Source: Eledone cirrhosa
Lineage: Eukaryota
Direction: 5' to 3'
Assembly (NCBI GenBank): GCA_964016885.1
Contig: OZ024746.1
Coordinates: forward strand, 9,734,001-9,798,000
DNA length: 64,000 nucleotides
The translations under genes were made by a program, and so were the position numbers. Numbering within the stretch: the first letter of the stretch is position 1; each line of letters starts with the position of its first letter. A model generated the notes under the pieces. That model saw only the letters and a list, made by a program, of their open reading frames with translations, was not told the DNA's origin and ran no database searches. Of this stretch, positions 1 through 15,319 are shown piece by piece.

Positions 1-990
1 TTTACCGCCGTTTAACATAATAATGACCACTACCATCACTCCTTAACTATTATCTTTACAATCCTCCTCTGACTATTGACATTGTAACCTTTTTTTATTA
101 CTTAATCATAGGAAAGCAGAGTTTCTGAGACTGATGTTATGTAGGGTAGAAGAGAGGAAGTTATCCTTAAAGCAAAATGCTGACTGGAATGCTTGCAATT
201 GTATGTATCTTGCTAAAAGAACTCCAGGTGGTAGTAAACCAGGAAATGAATTAAATCTACCAACCATAACTAAGGACACAGCTTCCTCTTGTGAAATTTC
301 ATTCTAGTTATCCTTATTGTAAACCTCAAAGGTTCACAGCTCACGAAGTTATAGGGATTTTATATATATAGCATTTATTCCCTCATATACTTCTTGCTAT
401 GTCACTACCATAGACATCATGCTACTCCATGAAATATTTCAGTATAATAAAGCAATAGAAATAGTGTCTTGCCATTAAAGTCTTTGAGGATTCTGATCAG
501 GAAACCTTCATCGTTCTCACAAACTTCATTTATAGGTTTTGTCTTTCTCATAAGGTTTTGAAGTAAACTAATTTATGGACCTTTTGCCTAGCCACAAGGT
601 TTCATATCATAGGATTAAAAGCGACCATTTCCTACCCCACTTTTTTTAATATGTATATTTTGTTTTTGTTCTTTGTTTTTCCTTTTAAGGTTCCATAAAC
701 AGTGAAGAAGCATAAACTGAAAAGATTAATAGCAACCATCTTTTCATATATTTTTCATGCATTTTTTTATAGGATCAGGGAGTTCTTGCATAACATTCTC
801 TTCTTAGTTATCTCTAAAGACTACTCCAGAGGTTTTTTATTATTATTATTAGTCTTTATTTTTTTATTTGAAGAATATTTAAGAGAAAATGAGAAATATG
901 ACTCTCAACAATTCATACAATATGACAATATGAACCAAGAAAAATCAATTTATATATCTATCTATATATATATATATATCTATATATATA

Positions 991-1040
<50 letters not shown>

Positions 1041-3736
1041 GAGGGAGAGATACAATATATTATTTCATGTTTCTTATATGTATGTGTGAATATAAATATA
1101 TATATGATTCCATTTATGCTTGCATGTGTGTATGTATATATATGTATGTGAATATGTATATGTATGTATATGAATGTGTGTGTGTGTATATATATATATA
1201 TGTGTCTGTGTGTATATATATATATATATATACACACATTTACCAAGAATCATCTGTAAAATGAAACAGAAAACAATATTCATCTATCATTTTCTTAATT
1301 CCACCCCCAACACCACCCACAGTTTTGTCTTTTATGAGATTTCCCATCTTTCTATCTTTATAATGCTAGCAAAAAAAAACTTAAGTCTTGTAGATGTTTA
1401 TGTCATGTACATTGGCTTCAGTAAATATATCAACCTAGACATATTACAAAGTAACTGGGGGAATTATGTTAAGATTGTTTCATCATTGAAAACTACAAGT
1501 AAATGCTTTGAGGTTTAATAATAATCAAAACATAAGTATGAGTTCTCCATATTTCTGTGCAGTTTTATCTTCTGCAACTATTGTTCTTAAATCATGTCAG
1601 TGATAATTAAACATCTGGGTTTGTATGTTTTAGCCCTTTAGTTACCAACCTGACCCAAACCGACTCTGGCTCTATGAAATAAATCACCCATTTTAAAGGT
1701 TTTGAATTTAAATAAAAATCTTCCAACATAATTTTATATAAGAACCTTACATTAAGTTACTATCTTAGTAATGAAATAATTAATAATTTTAGCAAATCTC
1801 TAAAAATTCTTCATTAATTAATTAAAATAGAGTGTATTTCATTAGAAATGTGGTCATGAAAGGGCGAAGTTAGGATATTTACATTCACATTCCTGAATAA
1901 AGAACAAATAAACTTATACATACAATTGAAAGAAAACTTTTATTCAAGCTAGAATCAAGCTCACATTTTCAGATCCTAGCTATATATTGGACTATGTTTT
2001 TTTTTCATTGTATCTTAATTTGTGTTTTGATTCGTAAACATAAGTCTTAAGTATTAACAGCCAAAGAAATGACACATGAACAAATAATTTATTTTGTAGA
2101 GATTGTTGGTTAGCCAAATTGTTAGACTACTCAGTTTAATTAATGATACTTTATTTATCACGTAAATATAAAATGGGTTGATGTCTAGATATCTAAGCTT
2201 TTGTCTCTTCAGAGAGATTTAAATCATTTACTTTGAGTATTCTTGAGGCTCTGTTATGAAAACTTGTATGGCTGTTTGGTGGCATGATAGCATCATTAGA
2301 GTATCAGGCAAAATGTCTGTGGTGTTTATATTCTAGGTTCAAATCTCATTGAAGTTAACCTTACCTTTAATCTTCTTTCTGAGGCTTGAGGGGATGTCAA
2401 CAAAATAAAGTACCAGTATTTAGATTGATTTAATCATCCAACTCTTGCTAGCTGAAAAACATTACAATAAATAATTGTTTCTACTTTTGGCACAAGGCCA
2501 GCAATTACCCAGTACATTACTGGTACTTTATTTTATTGACCCCATAAGGATGAAAGCAAAGTTGACCTCGGCGGGTTTGAACTCAGAATGGAAAGGGCCA
2601 TAATTCTATGCGTCAAAGCATATTGTCTGACCCTCTACCAATACTGCCAAAATAATGATGATGAAACGGTATCCTAGATATGAATGGAATTATAATAGAT
2701 TAAGATGAAGTGTCCTTCATCTTTTAGAAATCAATGAAACAAATACTAGTTGCTCATTTAGTAACTTGGCCAAACTTTAGATTGTATTACAACCAGGAGT
2801 ATATAATGCAATTATATACATTATTATTAATATTTATACTATTTTACATTTTCTATACTACTCATCAGCTTAGCATATTGTTTAATCATATGTCAAAGTT
2901 CTAAAACCTACTTAAAAGGGCTTTTTTTGTTAGGTGAGGTATTAAGTCAGGTGGCAAATAAGCAGAATCATTTGAGCCTACAACAAAATGTCTGGTGGTA
3001 TTTGTTTAGTTCAAATCCTCCTGAGATCAACTTTGCCTTCAGCCTTTCAAGGTTGATCAAATAAAGTACCAGTGCATGGCAGGAGATTAGCAGAACTGTA
3101 AGAGCATCAGATGAGATGCCTCACAGTATTTGTTCTGCCTCTTTGTAGTTTAAGTTCTTGGGTGGTAAACTACCACCTGACCTTTAGAATACTTTAATGG
3201 AGTTCACTTTGATGCAAGCATTTGAGCTGGGTCTCCAATTTGAAGGTAAATTCCTCACTTCTCCACACAAGTTTTAGAGGCTCTGAAAAAATAAAGTGAT
3301 ATATTTGAGTGACAAAATGAAAAAATATATTCTTCAAAATCTTAATTGTTCAAGTACCTATTTCATATCCCTGGGATGATGAGTGGATGAATGTTTATAA
3401 AAGCATGGGATTCAATGCCAATTTGCCATATGTTTATATGAGAAATGAAAGTTGATTAACACTTTAATATTTGGATGAATTTAAATGCCTTGGAAAGACA
3501 TAAATCTATCCTTTCAGAACTGATTCTATCTGAGGGAAAGATATTTTTACCATATCACTCAGATAAAGTGTCAATCCTGAAGTGTCAAAAATCACAAACC
3601 TCACTATACAATTTTAGTCTACTCAGTTCATCACCAGCTTCATCAGATTCTGTTATTATTATTATTATTAGTATTATTTTGTAGTTGTGTTACACTACAT
3701 TAAATCTATGATACCCAGTGGTGTGGTTAATTTGAT

Positions 3737-3768
<32 letters not shown>

Positions 3769-5229
3769 CTATAGTGAAATTAAATATTATGTATATTCCA
3801 AAACCAATATTATGTATTACCCAACAAAAAAATGTTATTATAAAAACCTTTTTATAACAAATGCACTTGAATTAAGTTATGGATGGCTAAACTATAAGAG
3901 GTTATATGTTAGCTGATCATCAACCATGTTTTCTTTCTATTATTGACTGCCAAACTTAATGAAGCTTACAGTAAGTTTCGTGAGAATCAGAAACATTTCC
4001 TTTAAGTTCATGGCTGCAGCCTAATAACTGAAACCAGGCAAATAATAACAATAAATAAATAAATATAAGTATTTTTTATGTTATTATTGATGGATGATGT
4101 TTAATATTAGTTTAAGAATATATATATTTTTATCATAGTATAAGTATTTTTGGCTAAATCAACTATACCAGATTTATATTATGATTTATGTTTGCAACTT
4201 TAACACCACTCAATTTTCCTACAGGAAAACATTATTATTTTATAACAGACTGGTTAGTGATAATAAGTTACATTTACGAATTCCTTAGTTCACTAGAGCA
4301 CCACTCAATACTTCTTCTTTAGGTAATGATTTGAAGAATAATACACATAAATGGTTTTTTAATACCTTCTTGGTGTCCATGGTGGTTATTTAAGCTCAGT
4401 GCTGCAAGCTAATGGAATACTGGACAATTTTACAATATTCCTACAACTTACAGTGAGGAAATATAACTTTCTAGGCTATATATTTATATATTGCTTCTCT
4501 TCATTACATTCTAAAACTGTTTGAATTATTTGTATTACTATTTGCCAATACAGAACATCATTAGTTTAATCAAATTCTACTGTTTTACTACAAATCATAT
4601 TTACTTGAATGTAATGCAAAAATATAATATAAAAATCAGGGTGAAAATTGTGAGATGGCGTTATACTGTGCAGAACACTAACCTGTGAAATTGAAAATAC
4701 TGAAGGAAGTAGGCCCTAGAGATCTTGCAACTTTAATAAACACTTTCTGGTCTTAGGCTATGGAACACTGTGCATGTCAGCTTTGCCTCCTATGGTCATC
4801 CCTTTCTCGTTTTATATTCAATATCACATTATACTTCAGTAAATACTGCATTCCCAATATTTGGTGAACTAATTCATTGTGAGTTAACTACATATGTCAG
4901 CACAAATGAAGGAATATGAAACTCTCAGTGAGTAGGCTCATACCAAACTGACTCACTTAGGGTTCTCATATGGATAATATTTGGCTTGTTGTAAAATCAT
5001 TTGTTGCAAAATTGTTTCCCTCTCCATAACTGAGATAAATGTTGAGTTATATATATTATACTTGTTTAAGTCACGGTCTGCCTTCATTGAGCAAACCTAA
5101 TATGAAAGGCATTTCTGTGTCCTTGGAAAGATGGTGCCATGAGATTCCATGAGCAATCAACCCTCTGAAGCGATTGTAAAACAAGGAACTTTTTTTCATT
5201 GTTCTACACATAAACGCATATATATAAAT

Positions 5230-5757
5230 TTGTTGTGTATGTTGTGTGTATACATGTGAGTGAGTATATGTTGTGTGTATACATGTGACTGTGTGTATGT
5301 TGTGTGTATGTTGTGTGTATACATGTGAGTGAGTATATGTTGTGTGTTTACATGTGAGTGAGTATATGTTGTGTGTATGTTGTGTGCATATATGTGAGTG
5401 AGTATGTGTTGTGTGTATGTTGTGTGTATACATGTGAGTGAGTATGTGTTGTGTGTATGTTGTGTGTATACATGTGAGTGAGTATATGTTGTGTGTATGT
5501 TGTGTGTATACATGTGAGTGAGTATATGTTGTGTGTATGTTGTGTGTATACATGTGAGTGAGTATATGTTGTGTGTATGTTGTGTGTATACATGTGAGTG
5601 AGTATGTGTTGTGTGTATGTTGTGTGTATACATGTGAGTGAGTATATGTTGTGTGTATGTTGTGTGTGAGTATGTGTTGTGTGTATGTTGTGTGTATACA
5701 TGTGAGTGAGTATATGTTGTGTGTATGTTGTGTGTATACATGTGAGTGAGTATATGT
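5230..5757. repeat. ~40-bp TG-rich minisatellite
   Basis: Repeating GTTGTGTGTATGTTGTGTGTATACATGTGAGTGAGTATAT. Confidence 0.92.
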
Positions 5758-6378
5758 ATAGAGAAAGACAAGAACAAGAGACAGAAAACATTTAAGAGTT
5801 TTATGTCAATAGCTTGTACTTTTTTGCATGGCTTCTCCTATTGTTCACGATAGTGAAAGAATATAAAAAGGTTTCCCTAAGGTCCCTTCCTGTTATATAA
5901 CAATGATTCATATATATTTTAAATATATATCTGTCATTTAATACTTCATCCTATAATCACTACATAACATTCCTGTCATATCACATGATATAAATGTGTG
6001 TGTGTTGTGTATCACAAGGATATTTAATGAAACTCCATTGGTTACAATGACAATGTTTCAGTTAGTCCAATCAATGGAACAGCCTGTCATGAAATTAATG
6101 TGCAAGTGACTGAGCATTCAACTGACATGCATGTGCTTAATGCTATTCTCAGGGAGATTCAGCATGACACACAATGTGACAAGGCTGGCCCTTCGAATTA
6201 CAGGTACAACTCATTTTTGCCAGCTAAGTGGATTTTGGAGCAACGTGAAATAAAGTTTCTTGCTCAAGGAGACAATGCACCATAAGGAATCAAACTCACA
6301 ACCTTATGATTGTGAGCCAAATACCTTAACCACAAAGCTAGGCAGGGATATTTACTGAATGCAGATATGGCTGAGTGC

Positions 6379-6593
6379 TTAACCCTTTAGCATTTACATT
6401 ACTCTATATATACTATTGTATTTTAAGGTAAAGTCTTAATCTCACATAATATCGAATCTTCGACATTTTGATATTATTTCTTTTGAGAACAATACCTTAA
6501 CATAATTATGTGCAGCAAGTTATGGCCGGTTTAAACAGAAAGAGGTGAGAGAATTCTAGCCAGATATGGCCGGTTTAAATGCTAAAGGGTTAA
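6379..6593. mobile_element. piggyBac-type MITE (TTAA target duplication)
   Basis: TTAA-CCCTTTAGCATTTA...TAAATGCTAAAGGG-TTAA. It interrupts an older SINE-like head. Confidence 0.85.
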
Positions 6594-8456
6594 GGAGTAT
6601 CATTTCACAATCATGAGATTTCAAACAGCTTTGATCCTATTACATAACACTAGAGTAGTTATATTTTGTGAAAATGTCAGGTTGACCATACCCTGGGAGT
6701 GAACTTGCATATATAGAGTTTGTGGAAAAGCCACCAGATATATTTTACCTGAACTTCAAATGTACATTGTATCACACTTATTCTACCTGAGAATTATGTT
6801 AATGATAGATGTATCTGTGGAATACACAGCCACTTATATATTAATTTAATGTGTTGGACAACAACTGAATGTTCACCATTGGGCTTGACAATTGTTTATA
6901 TTTGAAAATTTTGACTAACAGTATCTTTGTTTTATGAAGTTTAACAATTTGTTTTGAATATAAATTTATATCAACTGAAGACTCAAATCATGAAAATATT
7001 ATAGACATCTAACCTAAACAGTGTTTTGTACCAATTCACTAAATTAAACTAAATCCTGGAAACTTAATTATATATATATATATATGTCTGTCTGTGTGTG
7101 TGTGTTATCTGCACTTAAAACTCTCCTATACTTTCTAAAATCTCCCCTATACTTTCTAAAATCTCCAAGGATAGAAGCCATTTTTCTTTTTATGACCAGC
7201 TGAATGAGTTGGCGTAAACAACCCAACGGAACTTAAGTACATGTCAATGTTGTAACTAATTATATATATATATACTTCTAAGATAAACAAAAGGGTTAAC
7301 TTATTAAATAGGATGGTTGTAAAATAAATTTTGGAGTGTTTTTCAAACTTCAAAAATCTTATAGACTTAAATAGCTAAATAAAGTTTTAGTAACTTATTT
7401 GAGATCGATCTCTCTGAAATTGCCCTTGGTTTTATGTTACAAAACTGTCTGTTCTAAGTGTTTGTATCTCAATTAAAACCTTCCAGCATAATTTTATGCA
7501 AGAAACTTCGTTGTGTTCCAAATACCAGCTTAATAATTGTTTCTACTTTTGGCACAAGGCCAGCAATTAAACCAGTGTATTACTGGTACTTTATTTTATC
7601 GACCCCGTAAGGATGAAAGGCAAAGTTAACCTCAGCGAGATTTGAACTAAGACCATAAAGGGCCATAACTCTTTGCTGCAAAGCATGGCATCTGACAATA
7701 ATTGTTTCTACTTTTGGCACAAGGCCAGCAATTACCCAGTGTGTTACTGGTACTTTATTTTATCAACCCCGTAAGGATGAAAGGCAAAGTTAACCTCGGC
7801 AGGATTTGAACTCAGAATGGCAAGGGCCGTAACTACACGTCAAAGCATGGCGTCCGACCCTCTACTGATACTGCCAATCCACCACCTTTTAAACAATAAT
7901 GAAAACATTAATATTTTAAACATTACAAATTTTCTTAAATGATCAGAATCCTTCACTTATAATTTGCTGCATTAAATTCATAGGAGTAAATGAAACTAGA
8001 AATTATGATATTCCTGCAATATGCAGTATCAAGAAAAACAGTGATTTTAATCGATGTTGAAACTAAGCTATGGTTTTTTTTTTTTTATTTTGTAACCCTT
8101 TCATTACCATAATTCTACTAAATGACTGCCTATTATTTTCAAACAAGTTGGAAAATATTCAAGAATCTTGAGGTGTTTAGTAACATAATGAAATTTCTCA
8201 TTATTATGCTGATGTTTGGAAATTAAAGATTTTTATAAAATTGCAATGGAAAGATTTTAGATAAACAAATTACTTTTAAAAAAAGCAGTTTGGTATGCGC
8301 CTTAAATTTTGAAAATATTTTCCACAAACCTTTCATCAAACAATTTATCTACAGCACTCATTTACTTTAGATTTTAATTTTTCTTTTTTTTTTAATTTTA
8401 AAAAATTCAAAGCATTTTACTTTATTTAACAAATATTTACTTTTGCTTAATTTTAG

Positions 8457-8554
8457 TTCAGTGGAATATGCAGTAGACACGGAAAACCTCAGTATATCTG
8501 CTATCAGAACTATACGAGTACTGCGACCACTTCGAGCAATCAACCGCATTCCAA
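8457..8554 (+). CDS. Internal exon of T-type voltage-gated calcium channel alpha1 (Cav3; CACNA1G/H/I family), domain I S3-S4
   Basis: Bounded by ttttAG acceptor (8455-56) and GTAAGT donor (8555). The 98 nt read (t)[32 protein letters not shown](a), an S4 voltage sensor matching the Cav3 motif [11 protein letters not shown]. It ends in phase 1 and joins the 47102 exon (a+gt = Ser). Confidence 0.95.
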
Positions 8555-9805
8555 GTAAGTTAAATTTCATTTTTATTTCACTTATTTTTCAGTTCAATTT
8601 GATATTACAACTTACATAGCTGTATTGCCTGAAAGGTTTAGGTGCAATACAAATTATCTAAAGATTTATGAGTTCAAAAATGTATCATCAATATAGTTAG
8701 TTGAAGAGTTAACACTTTGAAAAAGCATCTAACAAAATACATCATCATCATCATACGTCTGCTTTTCCCTGCTTACAAGGGTGGGATGGGTCCTATTAAG
8801 CACATGCTCAAACAAATTCTGTAAATATGTAAATTAGTATAATCATCTTATCATTGTTTGTATGGAAAATCAAATTGTAACAGTGTTGGGGCCAGGATTA
8901 TTCTACTGATGTATAACTTCACATGTTATATTTATTTATTAGCTATGTTCTCACAGTATTGTTACATCCTGAAGTCTAGAATCTGTACAATAGTAAAAGA
9001 GAATGGATTCAACCATCGACTCAAAAATCAATATAGTGTCACTTGATTTACATTACTATCATCCAGAAAATAAAAGGATTAAAAGCAAATGATATAGAAG
9101 GAAAATAAAATTTAAAAAAAAAGTTTATTGGCCATTTCAGCAGATGTTTTATGGTTGGCAGCAATTCCTAATGCTAAGCCTTAATCTTTTGAATCCTATA
9201 CTTAAGTTTTCAATCTTAGTCAACTAATGCAAATAGTGACATTGGAAATTTTCTCAGGGGTGACTTCTACATGAAAAACATATAGTTAAGTGCAGGTTAA
9301 TATACTTACTATAGGGAGCAAGGAGGAATTTTTAATCAATTAAAATTACACCCATAATAACAAAAAAAAAAGAATCATTAGCACTAACCCTGTCAATACC
9401 ATATTCTTTATGAAATACACTTCATTTGAATTAATTATAGAAGAATTTAGAGAAATTCCCTCCAGTTATTAATCATTTGATTATCAAGATGGTATTTGTA
9501 ACACAGCATAACAAAAGGTTCTGATATCAAATTATGTTGGAAGATGTTAATTCAAATAGGAACTCTTTAAAATGAGTGGTTTTGTTTCATAGAAACAGAG
9601 AAGGTTTTGGGTTCATTGGTATCAAAAGGATTAATGACAATTTTTGTCAAGAAAAGCTAGAAAATATAATGAGTAGGAATGAGGTATCAAAATAGAATCA
9701 TTATGTTTATTCATGTGTGACGCATGTTTTGCAATTGAACAGCTCAAGTTACAATTGATCAGCTCAAGATATAATTGATCAGCTCAAGATATAACATATG
9801 CTTCC

Positions 9806-10352
9806 AATCATCATGATCAACGTTTAACGTCCGTGTTCCACGCTTGCATGGGTTTGGACGGGGGTTTTCCCACTTGAGGCAAGAGTGATTGTCTTGCTCG
9901 CATAGGACTGTCTGGCGGGTTTTCTACAGCTGGATGCCCTTCCTAACACCAACCACATTTACAGTGTGGGGCTGGGAGGTTTTTACCGTGTTGCCTACAT
10001 GGCCACATTACAGCGTGGACTGTGTGTTTTTTTTTGTCGTGACACCAACACGATCTCATTTGTTTCGGCCTGGATGGTGCGGCAGCAACATAACTTTACA
10101 TAGAAGGGGGCGGTGTGGATGGGGTGGGGGGGGGGGGTGTATTTTGTTAGGGATGCCTACTGACTGTAGTAGGTTTTACTTTGTATTTAGGTAAGGCGGG
10201 TCTTCTCTATTACTGAGTACCGCCAAAGATCTCGGTCCAGTGACATTGTCTTGGAGAGGTGTAAGTGTGTGAGGTCGGAGTTTATCAGCTCGTCCCAGGT
10301 TTTTCTAGGTTTGCCTATTCCGTGGCTACCGTCTATCTTTATTGCCCTGCAC
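9806..10352 (-). mobile_element. RTE LINE 3' end/UTR in reverse orientation
   Basis: Reverse complement closely matches 52468-53139 and resembles 46160-46740. Confidence 0.85.
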
Positions 10353-11454
10353 TACCAAATAATAAACTTTGAACTCACAACCTGAATATTTCAGTTGTCT
10401 AACAGCAAAATATGGACTTATTTAAAGTTCTATTTATGCACTTTTAACATAATCTGAGATAGGTATAATTATTTGACATTTAATATTGCCACAACAGAGT
10501 AAGTTGTTTTGTTTTTCTCTCTTCCATTTTCTGTCACATTTTGGTCAAAGAAAAATGTGTTGAAATATTAAATTCTTGGTCAACCTGTTGAGTATAAAAC
10601 TCATTCTGTTGCCTAAAACGTTAATATATCATATTTCATGTCTATGACATAAAAGTTTTCTTCATGATGGAGTATTTTCGAATTTTTATTTATTTATTAT
10701 GTTTTTTGACATGTTTACCAAGTTGAAGTCTACTGTTTGTAAGATTCCAAGATATGCTGGAAGCATAATTCTATTATACAGTATATATTCAATTAAAAAT
10801 GCAATTTTCAACAACTAACCACCTCTGTATCAATAATATCAACAGTCTATCAACATCATTGCTACTACTACAGCACCAGCATCACCATCAACATTACCAA
10901 TGAGCCAAAATTGAAGCCTCTACATGATCACTCAACCTGCTAGGAATAACAGTAAATCTCCCTTAAAGCACACTCCACTGTCGTATAAAAATGGTTTTGA
11001 TAATGTTCTGGATTCCCTATACAAATGTAAAAGGTGGGACGGTCACAGCTGGAATGCCTTTGATCACAGATCTACTTGAATAGAGTTGATAGAGGCTTCA
11101 CAACAACAACAATATTACTATCTCTTTCAAATTCCCCTTACAACTAATACAAGCTCATGCTAGAAAAAGCAGCCAAATTTCCTCATCATGTCCAAGCACA
11201 TTAAAAAATATGGGATGATCATGTCTAATGAGCCTTTGATCATAGATTTGCTCAATAAAAGCTGACCTGGGGCATACAACAACAACAATTAGTATTACCA
11301 CCTCTTGAAGCTCCTCCCACAACAAATGTATCTAATACAAGCCTCTACAATAGTAACCAAATTGCCCTTAAATCACACACTTCCATATATAGTCCTAGAT
11401 AGCTGTGGATGTATGTATTTTACTTCAGACTCATTTATTTTTATTTTTTGTATG

Positions 11455-11965
11455 CAATCAAGACCCATATATTGCTGCCATGTAGCATTACAGTTTGTAT
11501 GCAGACATCATTCTACCCTTCACTCTGAGAAAGAAGCCCTTAGTTATCAGCAGAGGTACAAGCTCGCTAAATCTTACTCTGGCTATTATACTTTCAAAGT
11601 ATTTCCTCCACTGCTGATTAGGTCACCTAAGTAAGAAAAGCAGTCAACACCTTCTAGGGAACCTCCTTACCAACTGACAGAATCTATTTCACGTTTGTTC
11701 TTAGTGCTCTCCTCTGCCACATACACAGTCCATTTTTCCATGAGCCTACCTCGAATCTCACTATATTTCTTGTATACTTTATGGAATTTCTGCAACATAT
11801 TTCCAACATATCGAACAAAGTCACTTCCCTGATGGTATCAGCTTCTTGTCCTCTTTCCTACTTATTACGATTTTAGGCTTTTTGATTCCAAATTTGTTCC
11901 ATGTATGGGATTTTCCCTCTACCTTTCTATGGATTCAGTTATAAGGGCCACATCATCAGCATCTT
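11455..11965 (-). mobile_element. Degenerate RTE reverse transcriptase remnant
   Basis: Minus strand gives ADDVAL...VDCFSYLGDLISSGG...ELVPLLITKGFFLRVKGR...VMLHGS, interrupted. Confidence 0.7.
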
Positions 11966-12260
11966 GTTTAAAAATGCTTTTACTTCTTTTATGTCCTTAA
12001 TGTCTTTGAGAAAAAACTAAATAACTCACATGTTTCTGGTCTTGATCCCACAATGCAGCATATTGGGCAAATACCTTCTACCATTGACTTGGGTGGAATT
12101 TGGTAGATGGAAGCTATGCAGAAGCCCATTATATATAATGCACTGGGTAATTGCTGGCCTTCTGCCAAAAGTAGAAACAATTATATATATATATATATAA
12201 AAGTTTATCCCGAATGAAACAGTTCTAGTCCTGTAGAAGCCTTTTCTATCTATCTATCTA

Positions 12261-12336
<76 letters not shown>

Positions 12337-15249
12337 TAATGTGAATGATTTATCATTGCACCCAATACAATATGAGTCGATAAATCTGGAATGACCTAAT
12401 CAGTACTTCATGATAAACAGAAATATTCATGTTGCTAAATGTAAACAAGATTACTGATAAACTGATGCAATATTTGTTTTGCCTGAATTGCAAAACCAAT
12501 ACTATATAAAGAAAGTGTCTTCATTTTCATGCCTATGTATGATATTTATAGCATATTATTAAAGCTTACCTAAAACTAAAGACTATTGATAAAAAAAACA
12601 ATGGTATACAAATATGTAGAATCAATCTAACATACACTGACACAGAAAGACATTTTTAAAACCCTTTCACTATCATATTTATAATGAAAGATTCAATCTA
12701 GGGCCTTCTCAGTCCTGTTGGAGGAACCCCTTCCTGCTTGACCTCTACCACTTTCAGTTTGGTTTGGGTCATATCAGGCGTGTAGCTGTATTCACCACAC
12801 TTGGCCAATTGCTGGTTGGTGAAGTTATTTAATTTGGGTTGGATTGCTGTTGACTCAGAGGAGTTCATCTGTTCTTTTAACAGCTCCTGTTTTTTTGTCT
12901 TGCTGGGTGTCCACTTACCCTTTCTCACTGGACCAAGGTCTGGTTGGGAAGCTAGTCTAATCACCGACCACTTGACCATGAAACAGATTGTACTGGGTTA
13001 CATAGTACCAGTATCAGACAGAACCCTGACCATAAAGAAAGATACTGCCAATGATTTTTAAATAATTTTGAAAACAATCAAGAATTTGGTGGGATTCAGT
13101 AACAAACTTTCTCATTGGCAGTATCGGTAGAGGGTCGGACACCATGCTTTCCAGCATAGTTACGTCCCCTTACTGTCTGAGTTCAAATCTCGTCAAGGTT
13201 AACTTTACCTTAAGTACCAGTGATGCACTAGGTAATTGCTGGCCTTGTGCCCAAGGTAGAAACAATTATTAATCTGTTGTTTGGAACATACTTTAACAAT
13301 GATTCTTTCATAAAATTATGATGGACCTATTTTAGATGAATAAATAAATATTTTAAAACAGCTTTTTTATCATAAAACCAGATGCACTTTCATGCAGTTT
13401 TGTATCAAAAAGTTTAAATATAAAGTCATATCATTTTCTTCTAAAATAAATAAAAGAAACAAACATTCCAGAGGCTGGTTAAAATTTCATATTTCAAACA
13501 TATTTGTTCCATGTTCAATTCCAATGTGCAGTATCTTGACCTGTGGCATGTGTGTAGAATTAGTACATCACACAGAAATATTTCATAATATTAATATCAT
13601 TAACACTTTTATGAGCAAAGCAAACTGCTTCAAACTACTCCTGGTTCTATGATAGAAAACTGTTTATGTTAACGAATTTACATAAAAATCTTCCATCATC
13701 GTTCTTTGTTAAATTATGCTCCAGACACTAGATAAATAACAAGAATGTTAGTTATAATACTAAACCTCTCCAAATCATTCTAAAATTCATTTGAAAAGCA
13801 TGGGCAGTCTTTCATTAGAAATATAGAAACGAAAGGGTTAAAGGGATTAAAAGGACTTATTAATTCACTAACATAAAGATAATATGGCAACTAGCTTAGG
13901 TAGTGGAAGTGATATAATCTACCAAAGTCCCTTAAAAGTTGTAACTCTGTTTGGCCACAATAACTGGAAACAGGAGATAATAAAAAAGAAAATAATTTAA
14001 AGAATATAAAGAAAGAATTAAAATATCTTAGTTTTTAATGAGTTAAAATAGTTAGATGAGTACAATCGTGCTGAGATGGTATCCCATATAAAATAATCTT
14101 AGATAGGAAATGCATAAATTTGGAAGAAGATAGCAATTACCATCATTATCATTTAGTATCTTCATAGTTGATTAGAAAATGAGACCTGTTTGATTGCTAC
14201 TTGGTACTTCCAAAACTCTGCACATTGGCATCTTAATTGTATGGGCTGAAAGAGTTCAAGAGACAGTGATTTAATAGCATACTATGAGTGATGTCTTCTT
14301 GGACGCTGGTGGCATATATTTCGAGTTGTAGAAAATACATCACATGCTTCTGCACATTTACCTACTTATATATACTTACATATGCGTGATACCACCCACA
14401 CATGAATAGGTACATGCCCAGACACATATCTGTGTACATAATAACACACTCACTTCCAGATGTGGCTATGTGTTACTATTCACACCACCTGCACATATAC
14501 ATGCATGACTACACACATATATTCATAAGTCAGTGCACATGCACTTCAAATTCTGTAGCATAGATATTACAAGGACATGCTCGCATACATATAGTAGTAT
14601 ATATATATATATATGTGTTTATAAACAACTGTCTTCTAATATTTCTATTTTATATATTTTATGCTTTAATATAATTTATTTATAACTGCATTTTATTTAA
14701 CAAATAAATGCTCAGAAAATGTATAACTAGTTGTTGTGAAAATTTAAACAAAGATAAAAACATGGTTTTTCTCTTTGAATACATTAAAACATAACAGATT
14801 GCCTATACATGTTTCCTGACTAATTTGGCTATTTATTAATATACAAGTACCCTTATATTTCTTTCCACAAAGAAAGATTTATAATAATTAAACACTATTT
14901 ATATTAAACACAAACTAGGAATTAGTTGAAATGGTTAATCTAATTTGCATTATGTGCATTCATCATTGGTGTAATTTATTAAATAATGAATATTTGCACA
15001 CAACACATTAAATATTAGAAAATATGAAATAAATTTAATGCAGCTATAGCTATAATTTATAAACTTCACTGTATACATTTAAACAAAATTTGCAGTTCTC
15101 TTCGTACACAGAAAAGTATATAAGATTGCCTATATATGTTTCACAGCTAATTGACTATATCATCAATAGAAAAATAACCTTATCCTTCTGTCCTCAAAGA
15201 CACACACACACAGACACACACACACAGACACAGACACAGACACAGACAC

Positions 15250-15319
<70 letters not shown>

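Noticed and set aside
2845-2872. CTGATGA...GAAA on the minus strand (also isolated CTGATGA at ~3640, 11955, 36930, 37343)
   Set aside because: No stem I/II pairing. Several lie inside LINE or SINE sequence.
8457-8461. Alternative acceptor CAG 5 nt into the exon
   Set aside because: It would shift the frame and remove the phase compatibility. No evidence of use.
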